From the IMG/VR virus record IMGVR_UViG_2541047967_000005, positions 1 through 40,595 of that record: a DNA stretch of 40,595 nucleotides. One strand, given 5' to 3'. The stretch's first letter is position 1; each line of letters opens with the position of its first letter. Below, piece by piece: positions 8,139 through 16,918 of this stretch. Under the pieces are notes generated by a model. That model had not been told where the DNA came from and did not search any database. It saw nothing but the letters and a program-made list of their open reading frames with translations. Source of the DNA: a virus (lineage: Duplodnaviria; Heunggongvirae; Uroviricota; Caudoviricetes). Both the position numbers and the translations under genes were made by a program.

Positions 8139-8300
8139 ATGAAAAAAGCATTTGCTGCACTGTTCGTTTTGTTGTCTCTGGTAGCTTCAACTCAGGCCTT
8201 TGCCGGTCGTTGTCAGCACGACAGCGACACTGCTGCTGACGGCTCCCGCTGCGGTGGGCGTTCTGCGGATTCCCGCCCTGGCGGCGGTGGCATTCGTTAA
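8139..8300 (+). CDS. Small secreted Cys/Gly/Arg-rich peptide (~53 aa precursor), unknown function
   Basis: Internal ATG followed by a signal peptide (MKKAFAALFVLLSLVASTQAFA) and ~31-aa mature part; weak RBS, so the call is tentative; the track ORF starts at 8067. Confidence 0.35.
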   Translation: MKKAFAALFVLLSLVASTQAFAGRCQHDSDTAADGSRCGGRSADSRPGGGGIR

Positions 8301-8306
8301 AAACAA

Positions 8307-8322
8307 GGCCGCGAAAGCGGCC
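8307..8322. terminator. Bidirectional hairpin terminator between the convergent cassette and Bro2
   Basis: ggccgc gaaa gcggcc (GNRA loop); A-run upstream on plus equals T-run on minus; terminates Bro2 on the minus strand. Confidence 0.55.
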
Positions 8323-8323
8323 T

Positions 8324-8335
8324 GTGACATGTCAC
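8324..8335. repeat. 12-bp palindrome GTGACATGTCAC (copy 1 of 3)
   Basis: Exact palindrome immediately next to the bidirectional terminator, in the unique segment between the inverted-repeat arms. Confidence 0.7.
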
Positions 8336-8372
8336 GATAGTTTCGTTTTGCACATCCCTGTGCCGCCGCCCG

Positions 8373-9059
8373 TCAGAAGAACCCTGCCTTGTCGTTGATG
8401 TACTCCGCGTGCGTCTGGATATCACGCAGGCATTTGCTCACACCAACGATGTAGCAGAACATGGTGGTCAGCTCCGCCGCCGCGCCCGATACATCGTGCC
8501 CGTCTTCCTGTAACTGGTTCAGCAGATTCATCAGCAGTGAGTTCTCCGTCAGGCCGAGAACACCCGACGGAGAATGAATCAGGCTGCGGTAGCCGGGCTT
8601 CAGTGGGGCACTGTAGGTTTTGTTCTCTATCTTCATCGCCTGCATTACTGCTGACGCCGTGGCGTTGGCTACCTGGTCGGCAACCATCTTTATGCGTTCT
8701 TCCTGCGGGAGCGAGTTTTTAATGTAACTTCCGGTGCGGCGGATCTGAGGAAGAACCTCACCCGTAACCCATTTACGAAAGCGGTAGGGGATAGTGCCTG
8801 GTGTCACCGCATCGCGGCAGCGGAGGATCAGTGTGTAGAGGCCTGACTCGTTGATAATATTGGTTTCGCCTTGACGGCCTAAGTTAAATTTAGCCCTTTC
8901 ATCATCATCAAGAGATTTTATTGACATAGTGGGGTTTGTCAGTTGAAGAGCTTTAATAACGTCTTTGGCAACAAACCAAGGATTTCCATCAATAACAATG
9001 GCTCGAATGGTTGCCTCTGATTCAAAATGAAAAACAGATGGGGTTACGTTAGCAGTCAT
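8373..9059 (-). CDS. Bro-N domain anti-repressor-like protein (paralogue 2)
   Basis: Internal ATG (MTANVTPSVFHFESE...) with RBS aggtga; Bro-N pattern (IDGNPWFVAKDVIKAL); C-terminal 158 aa identical to Bro1. Confidence 0.75.
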   Translation of the reverse strand: MTANVTPSVFHFESEATIRAIVIDGNPWFVAKDVIKALQLTNPTMSIKSLDDDERAKFNLGRQGETNIINESGLYTLILRCRDAVTPGTIPYRFRKWVTGEVLPQIRRTGSYIKNSLPQEERIKMVADQVANATASAVMQAMKIENKTYSAPLKPGYRSLIHSPSGVLGLTENSLLMNLLNQLQEDGHDVSGAAAELTTMFCYIVGVSKCLRDIQTHAEYINDKAGFF

Positions 9060-9325
9060 AGTGATCACCTTTGTAGTTAGGTTAATCACCACTACCGACG
9101 CCAATCGGTTGGTGGTGAACTGTGCAGGGTTGGCGTAACCGGCTACAAAGGACCCGGCGCACCTTTCGGTGCCCCCACACAGCCCACCATAGAATAGGTG
9201 CGCTTTACACATAAAAAAACCGCTTATGCGGCATATGTGCCTCTGTAGTAACCCAGGACGCCAATCCCGGCACTGGATTTTGCCAGTGCCTGATTACTAT
9301 GGCACAAGAGGAGTGCGATGTAAAT

Positions 9326-9340
9326 TTACCGAAAAGGTAA
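9326..9340. promoter_or_regulatory. Operator-like palindrome TTACC-N5-GGTAA upstream of the Bro2 leader
   Basis: ttaccgaaaaggtaa; the mirrored site in the left arm (6108-6122, ttacctttgcagtaa) has one mismatch. Confidence 0.5.
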
Positions 9341-9487
9341 TGATAAACGCTAAGAAATATTAAAATCAACCATATTTGGTTAATGCGTATAAAAGAGCCA
9401 GCAGCGAGAAATTGTGCCGCGACGTAAAATAACGAGCATCTGCTGGCTTACAACCAGCGATGTTTCAAATTTGTCACTATTATCAAC

Positions 9488-9841
9488 GTGCCATTCCACG
9501 GCGCAGAACTTTATGTTGTCAATCACAACGGAGAACCGTACACCCCAATGAAACCTATCGTTGAAGGCATGGGTATGGATTGGGCTTCACAGTTTACGAA
9601 AATGAAGCAGCGGTTTAAAACCTGCATTGTGAAAATCACAATGCAGCTTCCTGGGGATGAACAGCGCCGTGAGATTATTTGTTTGGCACTTCGCAAACTT
9701 GCTGGCTGGTTGCAAACCATCAGCCCTAACAAAGTCCGCCCTGAAATCCGCGAAAGTATTGAAACATCAACCGTGTCGATATCGACACGGTTGATTATGA
9801 CGGTAACTTATTGCCGTGTGTCCTATTTCTCCCACCACTAA
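9488..9841 (+). pseudogene. Remnant of a P22 Ant-type anti-repressor (N-terminal domain only)
   Basis: GTG start with no RBS; FHGAELYVVNHNGEPYTPMKPIVEGMGMDW ... LRKLAGWLQTISPNKVRPEIRE resembles the Ant N-terminal domain, then degenerates and stops after ~117 codons; no C-terminal domain in any frame. Confidence 0.45.
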
Positions 9842-10138
9842 CTAATTATATTTGTCTTTAAAAATCTCATGGAATGATTGAGAGTAAGACTTTCCATACT
9901 TCAAATAACATTCTTCATCCAACTTTCTTAATGAACTTCGAACCTGTTCGTGGCATACAGCAAAAAAAACAAGTCCGCCGCCTATTAATACCCCTATTGA
10001 TATTGGGTTCGCAACATCCCATAAAAAATCGGCTAACAGAGCAAATACCCCACCGCCGCCAATAAATGCCCCTATAGCTCGGTTCGTTTTAGCTTGCTCA
10101 TAGCGTCTCTCTAACTCACTAAACTCTTTAATATCCAT
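9842..10138 (-). CDS. Small two-TM membrane protein; candidate superinfection-exclusion protein at a sieA-like position
   Basis: RBS agaggtg upstream of ATG; two Gly-rich hydrophobic segments; AT-rich; directly downstream of the ejection-protein genes and upstream of the anti-repressor region. Confidence 0.4.
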   Translation of the reverse strand: MDIKEFSELERRYEQAKTNRAIGAFIGGGGVFALLADFLWDVANPISIGVLIGGGLVFFAVCHEQVRSSLRKLDEECYLKYGKSYSQSFHEIFKDKYN

Positions 10139-10156
10139 ATAAGCACCTCTATAAAA

Positions 10157-13100
10157 TTACTTCATCACCGGATCCACCTGGTTTATTAGTGGCGCAATCC
10201 AGAACAGGTTATTGCCGGGTATCAGGGTTCGGACATTATGCACAATACGATCACCGGCATCACCATTCAACACTCCTGAGGTCACATCAATGATGCTATC
10301 CGCAAGACCAAATGACGGTCCGAATAGAGATCCTACGAATCCACGACTGGCATACCTGGACTGTGTGCCAGTGCCAAATAAAGCCCCCAGCCCAACAGCA
10401 CCACCAGTCGCCTTTTCAGCCATGTTGTTATATTCCATCAATGGCCCAAGAATACCGGATCTATCTATACCCTCAAGCACCAGCTTCTCTGGTGACCAGT
10501 CAACATTTTTCCCTTTCGATGCTTCTTTAAGCGCATAGACCAGTGAGCCAAGAGCAATCTGAAATGCAGTGCCATAATAAAATTGCGCAGTTCCTTCCTG
10601 TAACCCACCAAGTAGCGCACGGTTGTATGAAGCCGTTGTGAATGATTTAAACTGAAATATCGTTCGCCCCATTGGAGTACTCGCCCATAAAGGTGTGTCA
10701 CCAATACCGGGGGTGATGATAGTGTTATTAACGTCTTTCAGAACCGCTGACTGGAATACTCCGGCAACGTACTGATCGTCCCATTTATCAAAGTTACCAA
10801 TGTGCCATCCATCAATTACCTCACCATGTTTCTCGAACTCACTGCGAATACGCGCAGCCATATTGTCGTTGATACCGAGTTTTGCCAGGCGGCGTGCAGG
10901 AAATGCACCGGACAAAATACCGTCTGAAATAACCATTCCGTTCATGGATTTGTTTATGTCATTAAAGCGATCCATGAGTGTCAGCTTGCCGAAGGCATCA
11001 GTAATTCGCTCCATTCCGGCTTCGACTGCTGTTGTCCTGGAAGAGCTGTCAACAAGATCACCAATTGCACGAGAGCGTGAATGCAGTACAGTTTCCAGTC
11101 CGATACCCATCTTCAACATCTCTTCTTTGCTGGCCTTAAATGCCGGTGATTGGGATATCTGAGAAGCATAGCCTTTCATGGTGTTACGGAAACCATTAAC
11201 CATAACCCCTCTGGCCAGATCTGGAATAGCTGATACTGTCATTCCACCGAGTTTGGTCGTGAAGTTCACATCCCGCAGAAAAGCGCCAGCACGAACAAAA
11301 AACGAAGACGGATCATCAGGCATCCCATATGTACCAACAAGACGATCGCGTAATGCTGTTATGTCTCTGAGATCATTTGCTCTTGATTTTGAAAGTCTGG
11401 ACTGTTCTTTCCGTAATTCCTTTTCGTACTTTCGCATTAATGAATCGAGTTTACCCTGAGGAACAACTTCACCATTGCTCTCATAACGTGCTTTCAGATT
11501 TGCCACACTTTCGTCATATTTCGCCTTTATTTTTTCAGGCACTTCCCGTAACAGACTGTCATATTCGTCCTCAATTAATTGCAGACGCTCAGTCATAGTT
11601 CGTTTGCCAAATGTTCTCGTCAACTCAATTTCTGCTGCCGCTTCACGGATATGACGTTGCAGCACGTAATTCACATCACTTTCAAGATAATCCCTGATAA
11701 GACTATCAGGAACATTTAATGTTCTTTCTTTCGTACTACCTGCGGCTTTTACAGAAAATACGCTGACAAAATCCTGTGGAACCTTAGCACCAGTAATTTT
11801 ATTAATTACGATATCTGCTGCAATTTCAGCATCCTCAGGAACCAGTGTTTTATTTCCTCTCGACCACCAGTCAACCAAAATACGTCGAAATTTATCGCGT
11901 TCACTGATTATTTTTCCAACTTTATATATGCGTGGGAAATAGCTTGCCTGGCCTAATGCTTTCAGTTCTTCATCTGGCGGCAATAAACCAAGCTTTTGCA
12001 TTTCAACTTTCACCCGATTTAATACAGTTCGCATCGCCTGCGCCGTTTCCTGAACAACAGGATTAGCATGCACATCACCGCTTCGCATAGCATTCCCAAC
12101 CTGCTGACGAAATGAATCAAAACTCATGTCACCACCATCAGCTTTATACTTTGCGTATGCCTGTTTATTTCCGACAACAACAGCAGCTTCTTCACGCTGC
12201 CATCCACGTGTACGGGTTTCTACAGCTACCGGTGTTTCAATCCCCCTTTCATTTCCTTTAAGGGTGAAATTATTTTCGGCTAACTCCAGCGTTGTTTTTC
12301 GCACCGTCTTGGACGGAGACTCCATTAACCTTGTCAAAGGAGTAAGATAGCTCCCTGCTTTCCATGCAGCCTTTCCACCCCACCCACCGGAAACAGGGGT
12401 TAAATCATCCAGAGTCGCTGTATCAATTTTCATAGCACCAACACTACCACCATCGGAAAGCGAAGCGGCAGCCCTGTCAGTCGCTGATGTAATGCTCATA
12501 TTATCAAGAGCATCAGCAACCTCACGTGTGGCTGCAGCCCGGACGGATGGCGAAAGCGCAACACCAGCACTGGCAAACACGCCGCTCATCATCGCACCCG
12601 CTGCAACGTGAGCGGCACTTTCACCCCATGAGCGTGTTATTTGCTGATTATTCAGTACAACCTCGCTTAATGCTGTACCGGCAGCACCAATCGCAATCTG
12701 TGAGCCAATACGCGCCAGTGCCCCTCCTTGAGCACCTGGGATAAACATTGACGCAACAGTAACCGGGTCAAAAAGCATCGCTGTTGCACTGGCAATTCCA
12801 CCAGCTAAGCCTGCTTCAGAGATAAAACGCCGATCTTCATTTTCATCATCTATCTGCTGCTTAATCCACGCCGTTTCCTCTGGCGATCGGGAATCTGCAA
12901 ATTTCGCCCCCCAGTATTCATAACCGTGCAACTCATTTTTATCAGCATATGGGTTATAACCCTCGACCGGTTCAAACTGTCTGGCAGGACGGAAAAAACC
13001 AGCCAGAATATTGTTCTGTCGTATTGCTGCGGCAAGCAATGAAGGCTCTTTGGGACGAGGTTCAGGGTTCTTACCTTCTGGCGGATGCACATCAAAACTC

Positions 13101-13180
13101 TGTTCATCAGGTTCAGGAATGGCGAGACCAGCAGAAATAAATCCGTTATTGTTTGATTCAGATACAGGATAGAACGGCAT
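10157..13180 (-). CDS. Large internal virion / DNA-ejection protein (1007 aa)
   Basis: Last and largest of three consecutive internal-protein genes of a podovirus-type structural operon; RBS gaggat upstream. Confidence 0.55.
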   Translation of the reverse strand: MPFYPVSESNNNGFISAGLAIPEPDEQSFDVHPPEGKNPEPRPKEPSLLAAAIRQNNILAGFFRPARQFEPVEGYNPYADKNELHGYEYWGAKFADSRSPEETAWIKQQIDDENEDRRFISEAGLAGGIASATAMLFDPVTVASMFIPGAQGGALARIGSQIAIGAAGTALSEVVLNNQQITRSWGESAAHVAAGAMMSGVFASAGVALSPSVRAAATREVADALDNMSITSATDRAAASLSDGGSVGAMKIDTATLDDLTPVSGGWGGKAAWKAGSYLTPLTRLMESPSKTVRKTTLELAENNFTLKGNERGIETPVAVETRTRGWQREEAAVVVGNKQAYAKYKADGGDMSFDSFRQQVGNAMRSGDVHANPVVQETAQAMRTVLNRVKVEMQKLGLLPPDEELKALGQASYFPRIYKVGKIISERDKFRRILVDWWSRGNKTLVPEDAEIAADIVINKITGAKVPQDFVSVFSVKAAGSTKERTLNVPDSLIRDYLESDVNYVLQRHIREAAAEIELTRTFGKRTMTERLQLIEDEYDSLLREVPEKIKAKYDESVANLKARYESNGEVVPQGKLDSLMRKYEKELRKEQSRLSKSRANDLRDITALRDRLVGTYGMPDDPSSFFVRAGAFLRDVNFTTKLGGMTVSAIPDLARGVMVNGFRNTMKGYASQISQSPAFKASKEEMLKMGIGLETVLHSRSRAIGDLVDSSSRTTAVEAGMERITDAFGKLTLMDRFNDINKSMNGMVISDGILSGAFPARRLAKLGINDNMAARIRSEFEKHGEVIDGWHIGNFDKWDDQYVAGVFQSAVLKDVNNTIITPGIGDTPLWASTPMGRTIFQFKSFTTASYNRALLGGLQEGTAQFYYGTAFQIALGSLVYALKEASKGKNVDWSPEKLVLEGIDRSGILGPLMEYNNMAEKATGGAVGLGALFGTGTQSRYASRGFVGSLFGPSFGLADSIIDVTSGVLNGDAGDRIVHNVRTLIPGNNLFWIAPLINQVDPVMK

Positions 13181-13191
13181 TATTTAGATCC

Positions 13192-15888
13192 TCACGAAAA
13201 GTAATCTTTAAATTTGTCCATACGTTCGTTATGCAGGCGCTGATACTGCTCATCCAGAGCGCGATGCTTGTCTTTGAAGTTTCGTATAGCCTGTCCACGC
13301 ATAATTTCTTCCTGCTCGTGCTGCTCCCGTTCCTGCTGCATTTTCTTATAAGGTTCCCAATCTTCTAGTGATGGCCCCCAGCGCATCTGTCTTCCATGCT
13401 TGTCATAAAATAAATCATCCCTCGTAATACCATTTTTATCTTTTGTTCTGATCACAACTGAATAAAGCTTATCTCTCGGAGTTGATAAGTCAGGAACGAG
13501 AATCAACTCACCTCCAACCAGTGAGCGTGGCTTATTCAGTCCCAATGCACCAGCCTCAGTTGAAGGTCGGTTAAATGAAGGAGCCGGTTTATGTAAGTCA
13601 TCGCCATACATGATTTTTTCTTTTTCAGCCTTCCATTGCGCTGCAATCCAGCCTGACGGCCCATATTGATAAAGCGCCTCCGGTGCATATTTCATAAACT
13701 GTGCTTCCCCGTTGACCTCGCTGATACTCCAGGTGCGGGCTATCTGCTGGTTGGTCATTTGCTTCGCTACGTCAGCGTTACCACCAGCAAGGCGATAGTT
13801 AACGTCATACAGCATCTGATAGTCATTGCGAAAGAGCGCTGCTTCCGGCGTCTGGTCATCCGCAGACGGATCCCAGCGAAGCCAATGAGCCATATTGCTG
13901 ACAGCAGAATTGGCTGCGCTGTCACGCTCTTTTTTGTATTCTCTTGTACTCTGAACAGATGAGAGCTGCGCCCTTAGTGCATCTGTCTGGTTGTATGTCT
14001 TACTCTGCGCTTCCACAATAGCAGCATCAGAAGACATCCCTGCATCAGTTAGTTGCTTAACAGTCAGATAAAAACCCTGCATATCCTTCGGCATATTTCC
14101 AATAGATGCATTGTCTGTTTCATATAACCGACTAAACAGTTCCGCCGCATTTTTAACCACTTCCTGATTGCTGGATCGGGATACTGCTGAAAGCTGCGTG
14201 ATGACCTGCGAAGGCATTATGCCAGTCTGAGCCACAAGCCGAACAACCCCATCATGAGTGGAGGCATCATTAATACGAAAGTTCTGCGCCATTTCTGTGT
14301 AATCAGCAGCTTTCTGCATTGACTTGTTGCTTGGGTCTAATTTTTCACCTATTGTCAGCGCCTCATTGAATCTGCGTGAATCCCGTTGCGCCTGAATTGC
14401 TTCATTTGATCTCTGAAGCAATGCAGACAATTTTCCGTAAGCATCGAGTTTTAACGCATAGTGAGGATCGTTAACCTCAGGCTTCACTTTCTGCATTTCT
14501 TCTTGCTGCTGAGAAGGAGGCAAATACTGAATTGCCTGGAATATTCTCGCGTTATCAATCGCTATATCCAGTTGATTGATTATTTTATCTGCGTTTTTTC
14601 CATACCCCCTGATGATGGTCTCCTGAGCCGGTATATAATCTGGAACCTCACCGTTATATAGCTGGGCCATGGTGTTATTAATAGCTGGCTCAAGCTGTTC
14701 TAATATTAACTTCCTTTGCTTTTCTATCTGACTATTAGCAAGGTTATCTATTTGATAAATAGTCAGCGGATCCATTCCAGTTTTATTTTTTCTATATCGG
14801 GAAAGCCACCCTTGTGTTTCTGATGGAAGATTTCGGATAAATTCTTCTTCTGATATTTCACCTTTACGTGGATCACCGACTTTGGCGATCAGTTTATCCA
14901 CGTTACCCATCCCCCAGTTATATGCTGCTCCGGTCAATATTTCGGAACCGTACTTACCATACAGTTGATTTACATAGTCACTGGCGAGCATTTCATGCTG
15001 TTGTTCGTCCGTAGGGTTGTATTCAACGCCACGTTTGGCCGCCAGTTCTTTCCCTGTGCCCGGCATTAACTGGTATTTCCCCTGGGCCCTCTCTCCAGAA
15101 GATGTTTTCGGTCCTTCAAGAATACTACCATCAGGATTAAAATGACGATCACCTGATTCAACAAGGCGTATGGCACGCATGTCCATGCCTCCAGAATCAT
15201 TTTTCTGAAACTGACCATTTAACCATCCTTCCGGATTAGCAGCGGCATAATTCTTCGCCCGCATTTCTGTGGCACTGCGATCATCACTTTCTATTTCTTC
15301 CAGAATGCGTTCTTGTGACCATCCCCTGGCTGCTCCATATCTGGCAATGGCTACCATTCTGGAATTTCTGGCTAAAGTGGCAGTTTGCGGGTCATTCCAG
15401 GCATCCGCTTCATTTTGTATCCATAATTTTCTCGTTGCCTGATATTGCTCATCTTCATAGGCATTTGTCTGCCCTATCTCATGTCTGAGAACTCCAGTAC
15501 TGAACTGAATTTTCTGTGTTCTGGCTTGTTGCAAAAACATATTTCTTGCTGCTTCATCAGTCAATGAAGCAGCTATTTCTTCCACATCCTGATCAAATCC
15601 AGATATGTACTCTTGCCCCTTACCAATCGCATTTTTGCCTTGTTGTGCATAAAAACCGGTTTGAGGGTTATAAAGACGTTCATTGCTGCGCTGATTAAGC
15701 TGAAGGATGGCATCCTGAGACAATGCAACATTCGCTTTCTGCCTGGCTTCACCATATGCCACCGCATACTGATCTGCGACATTCGCCAGCACCTGACCTG
15801 CTTGAGGAACATCGAAGGTTTGAAAACCACCGGTTTGCACACCACGACTTTGCACCTGGCGTCCGGATGTAGTAGGAACAACAGGCAT
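13192..15888 (-). CDS. Internal virion protein with lytic transglycosylase (SLT) domain (898 aa)
   Basis: SLT motifs in residues ~225-330: catalytic-type VESG, GKYQLMPGTGKELA, AYNWGMGNV. Confidence 0.7.
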   Translation of the reverse strand: MPVVPTTSGRQVQSRGVQTGGFQTFDVPQAGQVLANVADQYAVAYGEARQKANVALSQDAILQLNQRSNERLYNPQTGFYAQQGKNAIGKGQEYISGFDQDVEEIAASLTDEAARNMFLQQARTQKIQFSTGVLRHEIGQTNAYEDEQYQATRKLWIQNEADAWNDPQTATLARNSRMVAIARYGAARGWSQERILEEIESDDRSATEMRAKNYAAANPEGWLNGQFQKNDSGGMDMRAIRLVESGDRHFNPDGSILEGPKTSSGERAQGKYQLMPGTGKELAAKRGVEYNPTDEQQHEMLASDYVNQLYGKYGSEILTGAAYNWGMGNVDKLIAKVGDPRKGEISEEEFIRNLPSETQGWLSRYRKNKTGMDPLTIYQIDNLANSQIEKQRKLILEQLEPAINNTMAQLYNGEVPDYIPAQETIIRGYGKNADKIINQLDIAIDNARIFQAIQYLPPSQQQEEMQKVKPEVNDPHYALKLDAYGKLSALLQRSNEAIQAQRDSRRFNEALTIGEKLDPSNKSMQKAADYTEMAQNFRINDASTHDGVVRLVAQTGIMPSQVITQLSAVSRSSNQEVVKNAAELFSRLYETDNASIGNMPKDMQGFYLTVKQLTDAGMSSDAAIVEAQSKTYNQTDALRAQLSSVQSTREYKKERDSAANSAVSNMAHWLRWDPSADDQTPEAALFRNDYQMLYDVNYRLAGGNADVAKQMTNQQIARTWSISEVNGEAQFMKYAPEALYQYGPSGWIAAQWKAEKEKIMYGDDLHKPAPSFNRPSTEAGALGLNKPRSLVGGELILVPDLSTPRDKLYSVVIRTKDKNGITRDDLFYDKHGRQMRWGPSLEDWEPYKKMQQEREQHEQEEIMRGQAIRNFKDKHRALDEQYQRLHNERMDKFKDYFS

Positions 15889-16454
15889 CAGTAACCTCCT
15901 ATTTTGAATCGGGAGTCAGAATTCATAAAACCTGAGTTAGATAACATTGGCGTGTTTCCTTGCTTACTAATCGGATTGATACTTCCGCTACCCAACTTAT
16001 ATGCACCGTATGCTTTTAGTGGTGCCGTTAACAAAGTGCTGGTCATCGATGATTTAGCAGCCGACTGAGCAGCAGCCCCCTGTGCCTGAGCATTCATTCC
16101 CTGAACCTGATACCCATATGCCTCACGCTGAGCATTATTCACTGTCGTTAACGCATCAAGAGTGCCGAACTGAGCATTATCCGCAAAAACGTCAAGAGCT
16201 GTTCCGCTACTTAATTCCGCACCGGTAGCCCCCATAGTGGCCGCCGCAGTGCCTGAGCGTTGACGCATTTCACGACGACGCTGATCCGCTTCAATATTCC
16301 CACGATTGATTGAATCCTGTGCCTGAGCTTCAGCAATTTCAGCATTCCGATCAGCTATGGCTGACTGGTATTTTGCCTGCTTGCTCTGGCTGTACATTGA
16401 CGCGGCTGTGGATGCCACTGTGACGGCAACCAAAGCGATGGCTGGGTTACACAT
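15888..16454 (-). CDS. Internal virion protein (188 aa)
   Basis: Ala/Gln-rich protein between the tubular-protein genes and the large internal proteins; 1-nt overlap with the upstream gene. Confidence 0.45.
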   Translation of the reverse strand: MCNPAIALVAVTVASTAASMYSQSKQAKYQSAIADRNAEIAEAQAQDSINRGNIEADQRRREMRQRSGTAAATMGATGAELSSGTALDVFADNAQFGTLDALTTVNNAQREAYGYQVQGMNAQAQGAAAQSAAKSSMTSTLLTAPLKAYGAYKLGSGSINPISKQGNTPMLSNSGFMNSDSRFKIGGY

Positions 16455-16918
16455 TATTTTCTCTCCATGTGAAATCTGTGGAAATTAAGACCAAGAGCAC
16501 CATAAGGCGCGGCTTCTTCAAGCCTGAATCCAAGCCAGTGCAGCCATGCTTTGGCAACATGGTTTCGCTCGTCGACATAGTTTTCCAGGCGCGGATAAAC
16601 TGCCAGCATCTGCTGCAATACAGGGCGGCAGTGGCGAAGAAATGTCTTCTGATATTTTTCGATGCGGCTGGTTCCGACCAGCCAGGGCGTACCATTGCCA
16701 CCGATCATTGACGCCGGAGATACGCCAAACATGGTTACCAGTTCTCCGTTCGCAAATCCTGACCAGGCCATAGTCGCAGTACGCAGACCAACACGCAGCG
16801 CATCTTCGGTAGTCATCAGTGATACCGCATACAGTTCGTCAATATCAGCCTGACGAACATCCGGCAAAATCATCTGAAGATGCTCTTCGGTAGCGGGAAT
16901 AATTTGAACATCGATCAT
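16454..16918 (-). CDS. Virion structural protein, unknown role (154 aa)
   Basis: In-operon ORF with tight coupling to neighbours. Confidence 0.4.
   Translation of the reverse strand: MIDVQIIPATEEHLQMILPDVRQADIDELYAVSLMTTEDALRVGLRTATMAWSGFANGELVTMFGVSPASMIGGNGTPWLVGTSRIEKYQKTFLRHCRPVLQQMLAVYPRLENYVDERNHVAKAWLHWLGFRLEEAAPYGALGLNFHRFHMERK

Larger units (their letters stand above)
8350..9340 (-). repeat. Right arm of the ~1-kb inverted repeat (partner 6108-7134)
   Basis: Reverse complement of the left arm; high identity in the 3' coding half and in the leader, divergent across the Bro-N domain. Confidence 0.8.
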
